Source of the DNA: Actinomycetota bacterium
GTDB lineage: Bacteria > Actinomycetota > Actinomycetes > Actinomycetales > Microbacteriaceae
Direction: 5' to 3'
DNA: 64,000 nucleotides
Assembly: GCA_018268455.1 (NCBI GenBank)
Contig: JAFDWM010000003.1
Location: 8,211-72,210, forward strand
The notes under the pieces are model-generated. The model was not told the origin of the DNA. It saw only the letters and a program-made list of their open reading frames with translations, and did no database searches. Below are positions 31,919-42,846 of the stretch, piece after piece (the first letter of the stretch is position 1; each line of letters opens with the position of its first letter). Position numbers and translations under genes: made by a program.

Positions 31919-32887
31919 ATGTCCGCACCCTCCACACCACGCGAGCACGCCCGCCATCGGATCGCGGTGCTCGCCATGGAGCGAGTGCTGCCGATGGAAG
32001 TGGGCATCCCGTTCCAGATCTTCGACCGCGCGGAACTGCCCTACGACGTGGTGCTCTGCGCCCGCCAGGCGGGGCCGGTCGACACCATGAGCGGATGGCA
32101 GCTGATCGCACCGCGGGGGCTTGACGCCCTCGAAACCGCCGACACCGTGATCGTTCCCGCCTTCAGGGAGATCGACTCGATCCCCGAGGACGTCGCACAC
32201 GCGCTGCGTCAAGCCCACGCCCGCGGGGCCCGCATGGTATCCATCTGTGCGGGAGCGTTCGCCCTCGCGAACGCCGGGCTTCTGAATGGACGGCGAGCCA
32301 CGACCCATTGGGCTCACGCCGGGAAGCTCGCGCGGCAGCATCCCGAGATCGTCGTCGATCCTGATGCCCTCTACGTCGACGATGGGGACGTCATCACCTC
32401 GGCGGGAGTCTCCAGCGGGATCGACCTCTGCCTGCATCTGCTGCGCCAGGACCATGGAGCGGCCGTGGCCAACGCGATCGCCCGCGACATCGTCGCCGCA
32501 CCACGACGCGAAGGTGGACAAGCTCAGTTCATACAGCGACCGACCGTCTCCACGAATCAGACGTCGAACCTCGCGCCGACCCTCGAATGGGCACTCGCCC
32601 GACTCGAGCTTCCCCTCACCGTCGCCGACTTCGCGCGGCACGCCAGGATGTCCTCCCGCACGTTCGCGCGCGTCTTCGTCGCCACGACCGGTACCACACC
32701 ACTGAAATGGCTGAACACCGCTCGAGTCGACAGAGCCCGCGAAATCCTCGAAACCAGCGACCTCCCCATCGACCAGTTGGCACCGCTCTGCGGCCTCGGC
32801 ACACCGACCAATCTGCGGGATCACTTCCGGCGCGTCACCGGTACGACACCGACCGCATACCGGCGCACCTTCCGAGCTGACGAGTAG
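31919..32887 (+). CDS. GlxA family transcriptional regulator (DJ-1/PfpI-like domain plus AraC HTH)
   Basis: HRIAVLAMERVLPMEVGIPFQIFD, SICAGAFALANAGLLNGRRATTHW and a C-terminal AraC-type HTH. An alternative ATG lies at 31889. Confidence 0.85.
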   Translation: MSAPSTPREHARHRIAVLAMERVLPMEVGIPFQIFDRAELPYDVVLCARQAGPVDTMSGWQLIAPRGLDALETADTVIVPAFREIDSIPEDVAHALRQAHARGARMVSICAGAFALANAGLLNGRRATTHWAHAGKLARQHPEIVVDPDALYVDDGDVITSAGVSSGIDLCLHLLRQDHGAAVANAIARDIVAAPRREGGQAQFIQRPTVSTNQTSNLAPTLEWALARLELPLTVADFARHARMSSRTFARVFVATTGTTPLKWLNTARVDRAREILETSDLPIDQLAPLCGLGTPTNLRDHFRRVTGTTPTAYRRTFRADE

Positions 32888-32969
32888 GCGAGCGCCCCCG
32901 CGGGATCCCCGCACCGGAACGCCGGCCGACGGCGGCGCGGAGGTCGTCGCCGCGCCGGCCGTCGGGGTC

Positions 32970-33422
32970 TCAGGCGGTGACGCTGATGCTCCACGTCACG
33001 CCGAAGCGGTCCGTCAGCATGCCGAAGCCCGCGCTCCAGGCCGAGGCTGCGAGCGGCTCCACGATCCTCGCGCCGGCGGCGAGTGCATCCCAGAACCCCT
33101 GGAGCTCGTCCAGGCTCCCGGCCCCGACGGAGATGAACATCGCCTGGGTCGTCACCGTCGTGTTGTTCTCGCGTCGGGTCTCGCCACCGCCGATGACCGA
33201 GCCGGCCGTCTCACCGGGGACGTCGTAGCCCATGATGCGGAAGCCGTTCCCGGCGGCGACGAGACCGAACACGACCTTGTCGGATCCGGGGAGCTCGGCC
33301 GGCATCCCGAAGTCGGCATAGGTGCTGAGGACGATCTGGCCGCCGAAGACGGAGTGGTAGAACTCCAGCGCCTGACGTGCGTCGCCGCGGAAGTTGAGAT
33401 GGGGAGTGGTCTGGATGCTCAT
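32970..33422 (-). CDS. VOC family protein (PhnB-like)
   Basis: 150 aa (MSIQTTPHLNFRGDARQALEFYHSVFGGQI...FGVTWSI). Confidence 0.8.
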   Translation of the reverse strand: MSIQTTPHLNFRGDARQALEFYHSVFGGQIVLSTYADFGMPAELPGSDKVVFGLVAAGNGFRIMGYDVPGETAGSVIGGGETRRENNTTVTTQAMFISVGAGSLDELQGFWDALAAGARIVEPLAASAWSAGFGMLTDRFGVTWSISVTA

Positions 33423-33522
33423 GTCTGCTCCTTGATGAGGTGCGGACCGGACGGTCCGGCGGAGCCACTCTCGCAGCGGTACAGGTCAATTTCTGTCCTA
33501 TAGCCGAACTAGTCTCGACGAC

Positions 33523-34518
33523 ATGACGACGACCGCCAGGCTGCTCATGCTCCTGTCGCTGCTGCAGACGCGGCGCGACTGGCCGGGCTCGCTCCTGGCA
33601 TCGCGTCTGGAGATCAGTGATCGCACCGTGCGCCGCGACATCGACCGCCTGCGCGACATGGGATATCGGATCCAGGCCAGGAAGGGGCCGGACGGAGGCT
33701 ACCGGCTCGCGGCGGGGAGTGATCTGCCTCCGCTGCTGTTCGACGATGATCAGGCGGTCGCGGTCGCGATCGCACTGCAGACGTCCGCTGCCGCCGGGGC
33801 GGAGATCGGCGATGCCGCGATCCGCGCGCTCGCGACGATCCGCCAGGTGATGCCCTCGCGGATCCGTCATCGCCTCGACACCCTCGAGGTGACGGCGGTG
33901 CGTCGTCCCGGCGAGGCGCCCCTGCGCAGCGTCTCACCCGACGTGCTCGTGGCCCTGGCAACCGCGATCCGAGCGTGCGAGACGCTGCGCTTCGACTACG
34001 CGGCCCAGGACGCAGCCGAGGGTGACCGCGACCCCACGCCACCGCGCCGCGTCGAGCCGGTGCATCTGGTCACCTCGCAAGGCCGGTGGTATCTCGTGGG
34101 ATGGGATGTCGACCGCGACGACTGGCGTGTGTACCGCGCCGATCGCATCCGTCCGCGCACGCCGAACGGACGACGCTTCACACCGCGCACGGTGCCCGGC
34201 GGCGATGTCGACGCGTACGTGTCGGCGATCTTCAAGGGATCCGATGCGAACGAATGGGCGTGCCGCGGCACGGTGATCCTCGACCTGCCGGCGCGAAGGG
34301 TGCTGCCTTTCGCCGGTGACGGCACCGTCACCGTCGTGGACGAGGAGCGGTGCGCGCTCGAAGCGGGATCCTGGTCCTGGGAGTCGCTCGCCGCATCCTT
34401 CGGGCGCTTCGAGGTCGCCATGGAGGTCGTCGGTCCCCCCGAGCTCGCCGCCGCGTTCGATGCGCTCGCGGCCCGCTACCGGGCGGCAGGGACACCGCGC
34501 CAGGCCCGCATGGTGTGA
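33523..34518 (+). CDS. YafY-family transcriptional regulator (HTH plus WYL domain)
   Basis: LLMLLSLLQTRRDWPGSLLASRLEISDRTVRRDIDRLRDMGYRIQARKGPDGGYRL, later RWYLVGWD; 331 aa. Confidence 0.85.
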   Translation: MTTTARLLMLLSLLQTRRDWPGSLLASRLEISDRTVRRDIDRLRDMGYRIQARKGPDGGYRLAAGSDLPPLLFDDDQAVAVAIALQTSAAAGAEIGDAAIRALATIRQVMPSRIRHRLDTLEVTAVRRPGEAPLRSVSPDVLVALATAIRACETLRFDYAAQDAAEGDRDPTPPRRVEPVHLVTSQGRWYLVGWDVDRDDWRVYRADRIRPRTPNGRRFTPRTVPGGDVDAYVSAIFKGSDANEWACRGTVILDLPARRVLPFAGDGTVTVVDEERCALEAGSWSWESLAASFGRFEVAMEVVGPPELAAAFDALAARYRAAGTPRQARMV

Positions 34519-34551
34519 TCGTCCTCGCGCTCGGGGAAGAGGTGATCCGGT

Positions 34552-35322
34552 TCACTCCCCGCCAGGTGACGGCGACGGCCGCGCGTGCGCTCGCGCAGGG
34601 GCGTGGTCGCTGATCCGATCCAGCCACTCGGTGAGAAGGTTGCGCTCATTCGGCGTCAGGGGGTTCAGCTCGGTGGCCGCGGCGGCACGCAGCGCGTTCG
34701 CCGCCGGAAGGATGCCGGCATCCGCGGGTGGTTCGGTCTCGGTCAGAATCGAGCGGCAGACGGCGTCGAACATGGCGTCGGCGATCTGCGTCGTGCGCTC
34801 ATCGGGCGGGAGGGCGAGGGTTGCCAGGACCGCACCGGTGCCACCGGCATGAATGAGCCGCACCGCGTCGTCCTCGCCGACGCGGAGGCGCTGAGCGGCG
34901 GCCAGTCGTCGCACGCGGGCGACGAGGACGGCGATTCCCGCGCGGACGGCGGGTGAGGTCGTCGCCCGTGCGGGGTCACTCAGCAGCACGAAGAGGTCGG
35001 GGTTGGCCAGCCCGAACCGGATCTGCGCCTGCCACCCTGCGCGCAGGTCTTCGAGCGGATCCATCACGGCATCCAGCGCGTTCTCGGCGTCGGTGACCTT
35101 GGTGGTCACGTAGGCGGCCATGACATGCTCGGCCACCGCGTCGAGCAGACCATCCTTGTCGCCGAAGAGGCGGTAGATGGTGGGCGGCTGCACGCCGGCG
35201 GCTTCCGCCACGCCGCGCGTGGTCACCGCCGCAACACCTTGCTCCTGGAGCAGCAGGGCGGCCTGCGCGATGATCCTCGATCGGTTCTCCGCCCGGGGGG
35301 AAGCCTCGGCCACGTCGTCCAT
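34552..35322 (-). CDS. TetR family transcriptional regulator
   Basis: [45 protein letters not shown]; 256 aa. Confidence 0.85.
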   Translation of the reverse strand: MDDVAEASPRAENRSRIIAQAALLLQEQGVAAVTTRGVAEAAGVQPPTIYRLFGDKDGLLDAVAEHVMAAYVTTKVTDAENALDAVMDPLEDLRAGWQAQIRFGLANPDLFVLLSDPARATTSPAVRAGIAVLVARVRRLAAAQRLRVGEDDAVRLIHAGGTGAVLATLALPPDERTTQIADAMFDAVCRSILTETEPPADAGILPAANALRAAAATELNPLTPNERNLLTEWLDRISDHAPARAHARPSPSPGGE

Positions 35323-35326
35323 GAAT

Positions 35327-35375
35327 CAATGATAACGAATCATTGCTATCGATGTGTTTCCGTTGATAACATCAA
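35327..35375. promoter_or_regulatory. two AT-rich palindromes (CAATGATAACGAATCATTG and TTGATAACATCAA), candidate TetR operators
   Basis: Read directly in the AT-rich 80-bp divergent spacer between the TetR gene and the NmrA-like gene. Confidence 0.45.
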
Positions 35376-35402
35376 ATCCGAATCAATGAAAGGACCACGA
35401 TC

Positions 35403-36260
35403 ATGATCGTCATCACGGGTGCGACCGGCGCACTGAATGGTGCCACCGTCGACCATCTTCTGGAGCGCGTGCCCGCTCGCGAGATCGCCGTCGCGGTGCG
35501 CGACCCCGCAAGGGCGCAGCGGTTCGCAGACCAGGGCGTCGAGGTGCGCCGCGCCGACTACGCCGATCCGGCTTCGCTGCCCCTCGCGTTCGACGGCGCC
35601 GACCAGCTGCTCCTGGTGTCCGCCAGTGACCCCGGCGTCGACCCCATCCCGCTGCACAGGCAGGCCGTCGACGCCGCCGTGCAGGCGGGGGTGGGCCGGG
35701 TGCTGTACACCAGTCACCAGGGCGCGAACCCCGACAGTCCGTTCATCCCCGCCCGCAACCACGCCGCGACCGAACGGCTGCTGGCCGAATCCGGGCTCGC
35801 GTGGACGGCGCTGCGCAACGGGTTCTACGCGCACAGTCTGGGCTGGCTGCTCGGGCGCTGGCGCGACACCGGCACGATCGCCGTGCCCGCCGACGGTCCG
35901 GTGTCATGGACCGCTCGGGAGGACTCCGCGGAGGCAGCGGCCGTCATCCTGGCGTCCCGCGGCGCCTACGACGGTCCGACGACCCTGACCGCCTCCTCCG
36001 CACCGACCTTCCAGGACATCGCCGTGATGGCCGGCGAGATCGCCGGGCAGACGGTCACGTGCGAGGACGTCGGCGAGCAGGCCTGGCTGAACGCCCAGAT
36101 CGGCGCGGGACAGGACGAGCGCCTGGCTCGCTTCACCCTGGGCATCTTCCAGGCCGCGAATCAGGGCATGTTCGCCACCGTCGACCCCCTGCTGGCCACC
36201 CTGCTGGGCCGCGAACCTCTCACCATCGCGGACGTGCTGTTCCAGCCCGTCGCCCGGTAG
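35403..36260 (+). CDS. NAD(P)H-binding NmrA-like/atypical SDR oxidoreductase
   Basis: MIVITGATGALNGATVDHLL (GxxGxxG); 285 aa. Confidence 0.85.
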   Translation: MIVITGATGALNGATVDHLLERVPAREIAVAVRDPARAQRFADQGVEVRRADYADPASLPLAFDGADQLLLVSASDPGVDPIPLHRQAVDAAVQAGVGRVLYTSHQGANPDSPFIPARNHAATERLLAESGLAWTALRNGFYAHSLGWLLGRWRDTGTIAVPADGPVSWTAREDSAEAAAVILASRGAYDGPTTLTASSAPTFQDIAVMAGEIAGQTVTCEDVGEQAWLNAQIGAGQDERLARFTLGIFQAANQGMFATVDPLLATLLGREPLTIADVLFQPVAR

Positions 36261-36283
36261 CAGGACACGCATCCGTGCGTGCC

Positions 36284-36328
36284 GAAGGGCCGTGACCCGA
36301 ACGCCTTGCGTTCCGATCACGGCCCTTC
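36284..36328. terminator. hairpin between convergent genes (GAAGGGCCGTGA ... TCACGGCCCTTC)
   Basis: Perfect 12-bp inverted repeat with a 21-nt loop, lying between the stops at 36260 (+) and 36400 (-). Confidence 0.45.
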
Positions 36329-36399
36329 ATGGTCATCGATGCGGAAGAGATCAGCGCCGATCGGCAGCGACGGGCGATGTCAGAAGATGGCGGGCGGTG

Positions 36400-36861
36400 T
36401 CAGCGCGTGTGGATCAGGCGGAAACGCTCGCAGACGACGGGCATGTCGGGTTCGAACCCGCGCGGGTTCTCAGAGTGCTCGCGCCAGAACCGCTCGTGGA
36501 TGTCGCGCCAGGCCTGCAGAGTGCGATCGCCCTCACCCTCGGAGAATGCGTGCTCCGCATCGACCTGATCGAACGGCACGATGCGGATCGACAGGGTCTC
36601 GATGACGGCCCGCGGTGCACCGGCGCCGTCGAGGATGATGCTGAGCTCGCCCTTCTGCGGGAGCGGATCCCCTGTCGCGTCGTAGTCCCAGAGCGACGAT
36701 GCGGTGCCGGTCTTCACACCGTCCAGTACGAGCGCAAGCAGTCCGTCGGCCTGCTCCTCGCTGGCGCCGAAACCCCAGGCCTCGGGAAGCGCCGCGGGCA
36801 GACCGGGCAGCGCAGTGCGTACCGAGTTCCAGTAAGCGACGATCTCAGTGGTCCTGTCCAC
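36400..36861 (-). CDS. ASCH domain-containing protein
   Basis: 153 aa. ...WGFGASEEQADGLLALVLDGVKTGTASSLWDY...FDQVDAEHAFSEGEGDRTL..WR..H..FW is typical of ASCH/PUA-like proteins. Confidence 0.8.
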   Translation of the reverse strand: MDRTTEIVAYWNSVRTALPGLPAALPEAWGFGASEEQADGLLALVLDGVKTGTASSLWDYDATGDPLPQKGELSIILDGAGAPRAVIETLSIRIVPFDQVDAEHAFSEGEGDRTLQAWRDIHERFWREHSENPRGFEPDMPVVCERFRLIHTR

Positions 36862-37106
36862 AGCGACACCCTAACCGCCGCACGGGACGGTGGCCGAGGC
36901 GGCGGAAACGGGATCCGGCAGCGGTCTTCTAGCTGATGCCGTGACTCTGCGAGTGGCCGCCGTGCAAGCCGAGGCGATCCCGGGTGCCATCGACGCGAAC
37001 CCGCCAGGCGCAGCGCATGTGGGCCGACCGGCGCGACACCCTCGGCGAGCGCGTCGCGATCACCGTGCCCTGAAGCCCGGGGTTGCCGCCCGCCCGCTGG
37101 AACGAC

Positions 37107-37139
37107 GAAGGTCCCGGATCCGTCGGATCCGGGACCTTC
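37107..37139 (-). terminator. hairpin immediately downstream of tRNA-Leu
   Basis: GAAGGTCCCGGATCCG-T-CGGATCCGGGACCTTC, 7 nt after the tRNA 3' end. Confidence 0.5.
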
Positions 37140-37145
37140 ACTCTG

Positions 37146-37229
37146 TGCGCGAGGGGGGACTTGAACCCCCACGCCCTTGCAGGCACTGGCACCTGAAGCC
37201 AGCGCGTCTACCTATTCCGCCACTCGCGC
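37146..37229 (-). tRNA. tRNA-Leu (anticodon CAG)
   Basis: The reverse complement reads GCGCGAGTGGCGGAATAGGTAGACGCGCTGGCTTCAGGTGCCAGTGCCTGCAAGGGCGTGGGGGTTCAAGTCCCCCCTCGCGCA. It has a 7-bp acceptor stem, the anticodon loop TTCAGGT, a long variable arm and a GTTCAAGTC T-loop. CCA is not encoded. Confidence 0.9.
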
Positions 37230-37311
37230 ATGTCGGCCCTGTCGAACCAACCTCCCGAGCGTATCACGGCCGCACCGGCTCCCCGTACCGCCCGCCGACC
37301 CGCCCCCTCCT

Positions 37312-37387
37312 CCGCGAGACTGCACCGGAGCGTCGAGACTGCGCTATTCCCCTGCAGTCTCGCGACTCAGATGGAGTCTCGCGGTCA
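37312..37387. repeat. nested-palindrome intergenic repeat, second copy of the family at 22805..22880
   Basis: CCGCGAGACTGCA...CGAGACTGCG-CTATTCCC-CTGCAGTCTCG...CAGATGGAGTCTCGCGGTCA. The last 20 nt are identical to 22861..22880. Confidence 0.8.
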
Positions 37388-37490
37388 CACTCGCTGGGCC
37401 AGGCCGAGGGGATCCACGCGCGCGGCCGAGGGGATTATTCAGGGCAGGTGGCTACGATGTCGGTACCGATCGGTGAGCCATGGGAGCCCA

Positions 37491-38219
37491 GTGGGACTAC
37501 TAGACAGCTTTGAGAAGGGTCTCGAGCGCGCTGTGAACAGCGCGTTCGCGAAGACCTTCCGCAGCGGCATCCAGCCCGTGGAGATCGCTTCGGCTCTTCG
37601 CCGTGAGATGGATACGAAGGCCGCGGTCGTCAGCCGTGACCGCATCATCGTGCCCAGCACCTTTCTCGTGCACCTGAGCGGCGAGGACGCCACTGCCATG
37701 CACGGCCTCGGATCCGCCCTCGTCGACGAGCTGCACGGACTGGTCAAGGACCACGCCCGCGCACAGGGCTACAGCTTCGCCGGTCCCGTGGACATCGCGC
37801 TCGAGGCCGACGACCGCCTCGCCACCGGCACGGTGCGCGTGGAGTCGAGCTCCACGAAGTCCACCGGCCGAGTCACCTGGCAGGCCGTGATCACGGTCGG
37901 CGGCACCCGCCACCCGCTCACCAAGGCGCGCACCGTGATCGGCCGCGGATCCGACGCCGACATCACGATCGGCGACGCGGGCTCGAGCCGCAAGCACGCT
38001 GAGGTGCTCTGGGACGGCGATCACGCGATGCTGCGGGATCTGGGATCCACGAACGGCACCAAGCTCAACGGCCAGCGCGTGCGCGAGGCCCAGCTCGCCA
38101 GCGGTATGGTCATCTCGATCGGCCGCACCGATCTCGCGTTCGAGGTCGTGCCGGTCTCGCAGCCCGGTCGCAGCGGCCGCGGCGACGGCGCCACTCGCGC
38201 GTTCGGGGTGAACCCGTGA
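37491..38219 (+). CDS. fhaA: FHA-domain protein FhaA (DUF3662 N-terminal domain plus C-terminal FHA)
   Basis: In-frame GTG at 37491 gives VGLLDSFEKGLERAVNSAF..., the typical FhaA N-terminus. The C-terminal FHA domain reads TVIGRGSDADITIGDAGSSRKHAEV...LGSTNGTKLNG. Synteny with fhaB-pstP-rodA-pbpA supports the call. Confidence 0.85.
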   Translation: MGLLDSFEKGLERAVNSAFAKTFRSGIQPVEIASALRREMDTKAAVVSRDRIIVPSTFLVHLSGEDATAMHGLGSALVDELHGLVKDHARAQGYSFAGPVDIALEADDRLATGTVRVESSSTKSTGRVTWQAVITVGGTRHPLTKARTVIGRGSDADITIGDAGSSRKHAEVLWDGDHAMLRDLGSTNGTKLNGQRVREAQLASGMVISIGRTDLAFEVVPVSQPGRSGRGDGATRAFGVNP

Positions 38220-38734
38220 GCGAACTGACCCTGCTCCTGCTGCGCATCGGCTTCCTCGTGCTGATGTGGTTCTTCGTGTTCGCGGTCGTGTACTCGCTGC
38301 GCGCCGACCTGTTCGGCGTGCGCGTGCGCAAGATGCCGCAGGCCGAGGCGGCCGCGGCATCGGCGAAGCCCGCCCCTGCGGCCGCGCCCGCCAAGCCGAG
38401 GGCGGCGCCGAAGAGCAAGCCTGGCGGCCCCGCCACCACGTCGACGGTCAGCAAGCTCGTGATCACCTCTGGCCCGAAGGCGGGCCTCGAGGTGCCGCTG
38501 GGCACCGAGCCGATGTCGATCGGCCGCTCCAGCGAATCGGGCCTCGTCATCCGCGACGATTACACCTCCAGCCACCACGCCCGCCTGCTGCTGTGGGGCG
38601 ACCAGTGGATGGTGCAGGATCTCGACTCCACGAACGGCACCTTCCTGGACGGCGAGCGCGTGGGCACCCCCGTCTCGGTGGCCATCGGCGCATCGATCAA
38701 GGTCGGCGCCACGACGTTCGAGCTGCGGGCGTAA
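38216..38734 (+). CDS. fhaB: FHA-domain protein FhaB (FipA-like) with an N-terminal TM
   Basis: The start overlaps the fhaA stop. It has a TM helix and then an FHA domain (MSIGRSSESGLVIRDDYTSSHHARL...LDSTNGTFLDG). Confidence 0.85.
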   Translation: MSELTLLLLRIGFLVLMWFFVFAVVYSLRADLFGVRVRKMPQAEAAAASAKPAPAAAPAKPRAAPKSKPGGPATTSTVSKLVITSGPKAGLEVPLGTEPMSIGRSSESGLVIRDDYTSSHHARLLLWGDQWMVQDLDSTNGTFLDGERVGTPVSVAIGASIKVGATTFELRA

Positions 38735-38742
38735 CCGCGGAC

Positions 38743-39989
<1,247 letters not shown>

Positions 39990-39993
<4 letters not shown>

Positions 39994-41372
39994 CCGCCAC
40001 CGCCCCCGAGGTACAGGCCGACACCGGCGTGCTGCGCGCCCTGCGCCGCATCCGCGGCGGCCAGACTCAGCGCAACCGCGAGCTCTGGCTGCTGCTGTTC
40101 GCCCTGGTCATCGCCGGCAGCGCGCTGACGCTCGTGCAGCTGGGCGCCCTGCATGCGGTCGACCCGATGATCCTGCTGATCGGCGGCGGCCTCGCCGTGC
40201 TCGTGCTGGCGCTGCACGTCGTGCTGCGCTTCGTCGCGAGCGACGCGGATCCGTTCGTGCTGCCGATCGCGACCCTGCTCACCGGGATCGGCATCGCCGA
40301 GATCTACCGGATCGACATCGCGAACCACGACACCGGCTGGGAGGCGTCGTCGAACAAGCAGCTGATGTGGATGGCGATCTCGGTGCTCGGCACCATCGCG
40401 CTGATCGTGCTGCTGCGCAACTACCGGGTGCTGTACCGCTTCACCTACATCTCCGGCCTCGCCGGCATCGTGCTGCTCGTGCTGCCGTTCGTGCCGGGGC
40501 TGCGCGCCGACGCGAACGCCGACGTGTGGATCTCGATCGGCGGGCTCGGCTTCCAGCCCGGTGAGCTCGCGAAGATCTTCCTCGCGATCTTCTTCGCGGG
40601 CTACCTCGTGCGCACCAGGGAGAGCCTTTCCAGCGTCGGCAAGCGGTTCGCCGGCATCACCTGGCCCCGCATGCGCGAGCTCGGGCCGGTCATCGTGGTG
40701 TGGCTGACCTCGCTCGCGATCATCGTCGCCCAGCACGACCTCGGCACGGGCGTGCTGATCTTCGGCATGTTCATCGTGATGCTCTACGTCGCCACCGGCA
40801 AGACCAGCTGGGTGCTCATCGGCGTCGTCGGCGTGGTCGTCGGCATCGCGGTCGTGTCGCAGTTCCTCACCTACGTGCAGAACCGCTTCAACACGTGGAT
40901 CAACGCCTTCGACCCCGCCCTCATGGAGGACCAGAGCTACCAGCTCACGCAGGGCATCTTCGGCCTCGCCCACGGCGGCCTGCTCGGCACCGGCCTCGGC
41001 CAGGGCCGCCCGCAGATCACGCCGGTCGCGGAGAGCGACTTCATCATCACCAGCCTCGGCGAGGAGCTGGGCCTGATCGGCCTGTTCGCGATCCTCTGCC
41101 TGTACATGGTGTTCGTTAGCCGGGGTCTGCGCATCGGCGTGGCCGGCCAGGACGACTTCGGCAAGCTGCTCGCCGTGGGTATCTCGTTCACGATCGGACT
41201 GCAGGTGTTCATCATGGTCGGCGGCGTCACCCGGGTGATCCCGCTGACCGGCCTCACCACGCCGTTCCTCGCCGCCGGCGGCTCGTCGCTGGTCGCGAAC
41301 TGGCTCATCGTGGGCCTGCTGCTGCGCATCTCCGACGGCGTGCGCCGACAGCCTCGCGTGGTGATCGGATGA
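39990..41372 (+). CDS. rodA: FtsW/RodA/SpoVE family (SEDS) peptidoglycan polymerase
   Basis: The ATG at 39990 overlaps the pstP stop. It is a polytopic protein with FQPGELAKI and ESDFIITSLGEELGLIG motifs. Confidence 0.9.
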
Positions 41373-41388
41373 GGGACGAGGTGAGCAG

Positions 41389-42846
41389 ATGACCAAGGAG
41401 CTGAGACGGATCAGCATCCTCGTGCTGGTCATGTTCCTCGCGCTGTTCGGCTCGGTGAGCTGGATCCAGGTCGTGCAGGCCGACGCGCTCGGGCAGAACG
41501 AGGCGAACCGCCGCACCCAGCTGGACAGCTACGAGATCCAGCGCGGATCCATCATCGCCGGCGGATCCCCGATCGCGACCTCCGTGCCGTCGAACGACAT
41601 GTACTCGTTTCAGCGGGTATACACGGATCCGCAGATGTGGGCGGCCGTGACCGGCTACTACAACCCCGTGCTGGGCACCGCGACCGGCATCGAGAAGGCC
41701 ATGAACAGCGAGCTCAGCGGCACCGGCGGCTCGCAGTTCCTGTCGTCGATCGAGCGCATCATCTCGGGTCAGCCGCAGAAGGGCGCCAACGTCCAGCTCA
41801 GCCTGAACCCGGCGGCGCAGAAGGCGGCCTACGACGCCCTGCAGGGCCTGAACGGCGCCGTCGTCGCGATCGAACCGAAGAGCGGCCGGATCCTGGCACT
41901 CGTCTCCACTCCGGGCTTCGACACGAACACGCTCGCCGTGCACAACGGCAAAGAGGTGAACTCGACCTACGACGCGCTGGTCGCGGATCCGAGCAAGCCG
42001 CTCTCGAATCGCGCCATCGCCGGCAACCAGAACCCGCCCGGCTCCACCTTCAAGCTCGTCGTGGCCACCGCGGCGCTGGATTCCGGCAAGTTCACGATGC
42101 AGTCGACCTTCCCCAATCCCGCCGCGTACACGCTGCCCGGAACCACCGCGGCCGTGCACAACGCCTGGGGCGGCACCTGCGGCGACGGCCCCACCGTGAC
42201 GCTCGCCGATGCGATCCGGCTCAGCTGCAACATCCCGATGGCCGAGCTCGCCGTGCAGCTCGGAGACGACCCGATCCGGGCCACGGCGGAGAAGTTCGGC
42301 TTCGGCACGCAGTTCGCACTGCCGCAGCTGTCCGGCGTCTCCACCTACCCGAAGAGCCTGTCGCCCGACCAGACCGGCCTCACCGGCTTCGGCCAGGGCG
42401 ACGTGCGCGCCACCCCGCTGCAGATGGCGCTGGTCGCCGCCGGGATCGCCAACAACGGCGTGGTGATGAACCCGCACATGGTCGATCGGGTCGAGGCCGA
42501 TGATCTCTCCGTGCTGAAGCAGTTCGACCGCACCCAGTTCCGCCAGGCGATGACCGCGGATCAGGCACGCGCATTGACCGCCGCCATGCAGGCGTCAGTC
42601 TCAAGCGGAGCCGCGCAGGGTGCAAGAATAGACGGTGTCGACGTGGCCGGTAAGACGGGCACCGCGGAGAACGGTGACAGCGATCCCTACACGCTGTGGT
42701 TCACCGGATTCGCGCCCGCTTCGAACCCGGAGATCGCCGTGGCGGTCGTCGTCGAAGACGGCGGTGGTCAAGGACAGTCCGGATCGGGTGATGCGATCGC
42801 ATCACCGATCGCCAAGAAGGTCATGGAGGCGGTGCTGAACAGATGA
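41389..42846 (+). CDS. pbpA: class B penicillin-binding protein (transpeptidase)
   Basis: N-terminal TM; the STFK, SCN and KTGTAE motifs were read directly; 485 aa. Confidence 0.9.
   Translation: MTKELRRISILVLVMFLALFGSVSWIQVVQADALGQNEANRRTQLDSYEIQRGSIIAGGSPIATSVPSNDMYSFQRVYTDPQMWAAVTGYYNPVLGTATGIEKAMNSELSGTGGSQFLSSIERIISGQPQKGANVQLSLNPAAQKAAYDALQGLNGAVVAIEPKSGRILALVSTPGFDTNTLAVHNGKEVNSTYDALVADPSKPLSNRAIAGNQNPPGSTFKLVVATAALDSGKFTMQSTFPNPAAYTLPGTTAAVHNAWGGTCGDGPTVTLADAIRLSCNIPMAELAVQLGDDPIRATAEKFGFGTQFALPQLSGVSTYPKSLSPDQTGLTGFGQGDVRATPLQMALVAAGIANNGVVMNPHMVDRVEADDLSVLKQFDRTQFRQAMTADQARALTAAMQASVSSGAAQGARIDGVDVAGKTGTAENGDSDPYTLWFTGFAPASNPEIAVAVVVEDGGGQGQSGSGDAIASPIAKKVMEAVLNR

Noticed and set aside
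36937-37075. Possible remnant of a carbon-nitrogen hydrolase (nitrilase-like) gene: VTLRVAAVQAEAIPGAIDANP...
   Set aside because: Only about 20 residues resemble the family N-terminus. After that the frame turns Arg-rich and runs into the terminator and tRNA. That is too short to call a pseudogene without a database alignment.
23724-37229. Genomic island integrated at tRNA-Leu (a regulator, efflux and VOC-rich stretch ending at the tRNA)
   Set aside because: I found no integrase, recombinase or transposase gene and no direct repeat of the tRNA 3' end. I also saw no obvious compositional break. tRNA-Leu next to fhaA is itself a conserved actinobacterial arrangement. The stretch may still be a variable region, but an integrative element is not supported.
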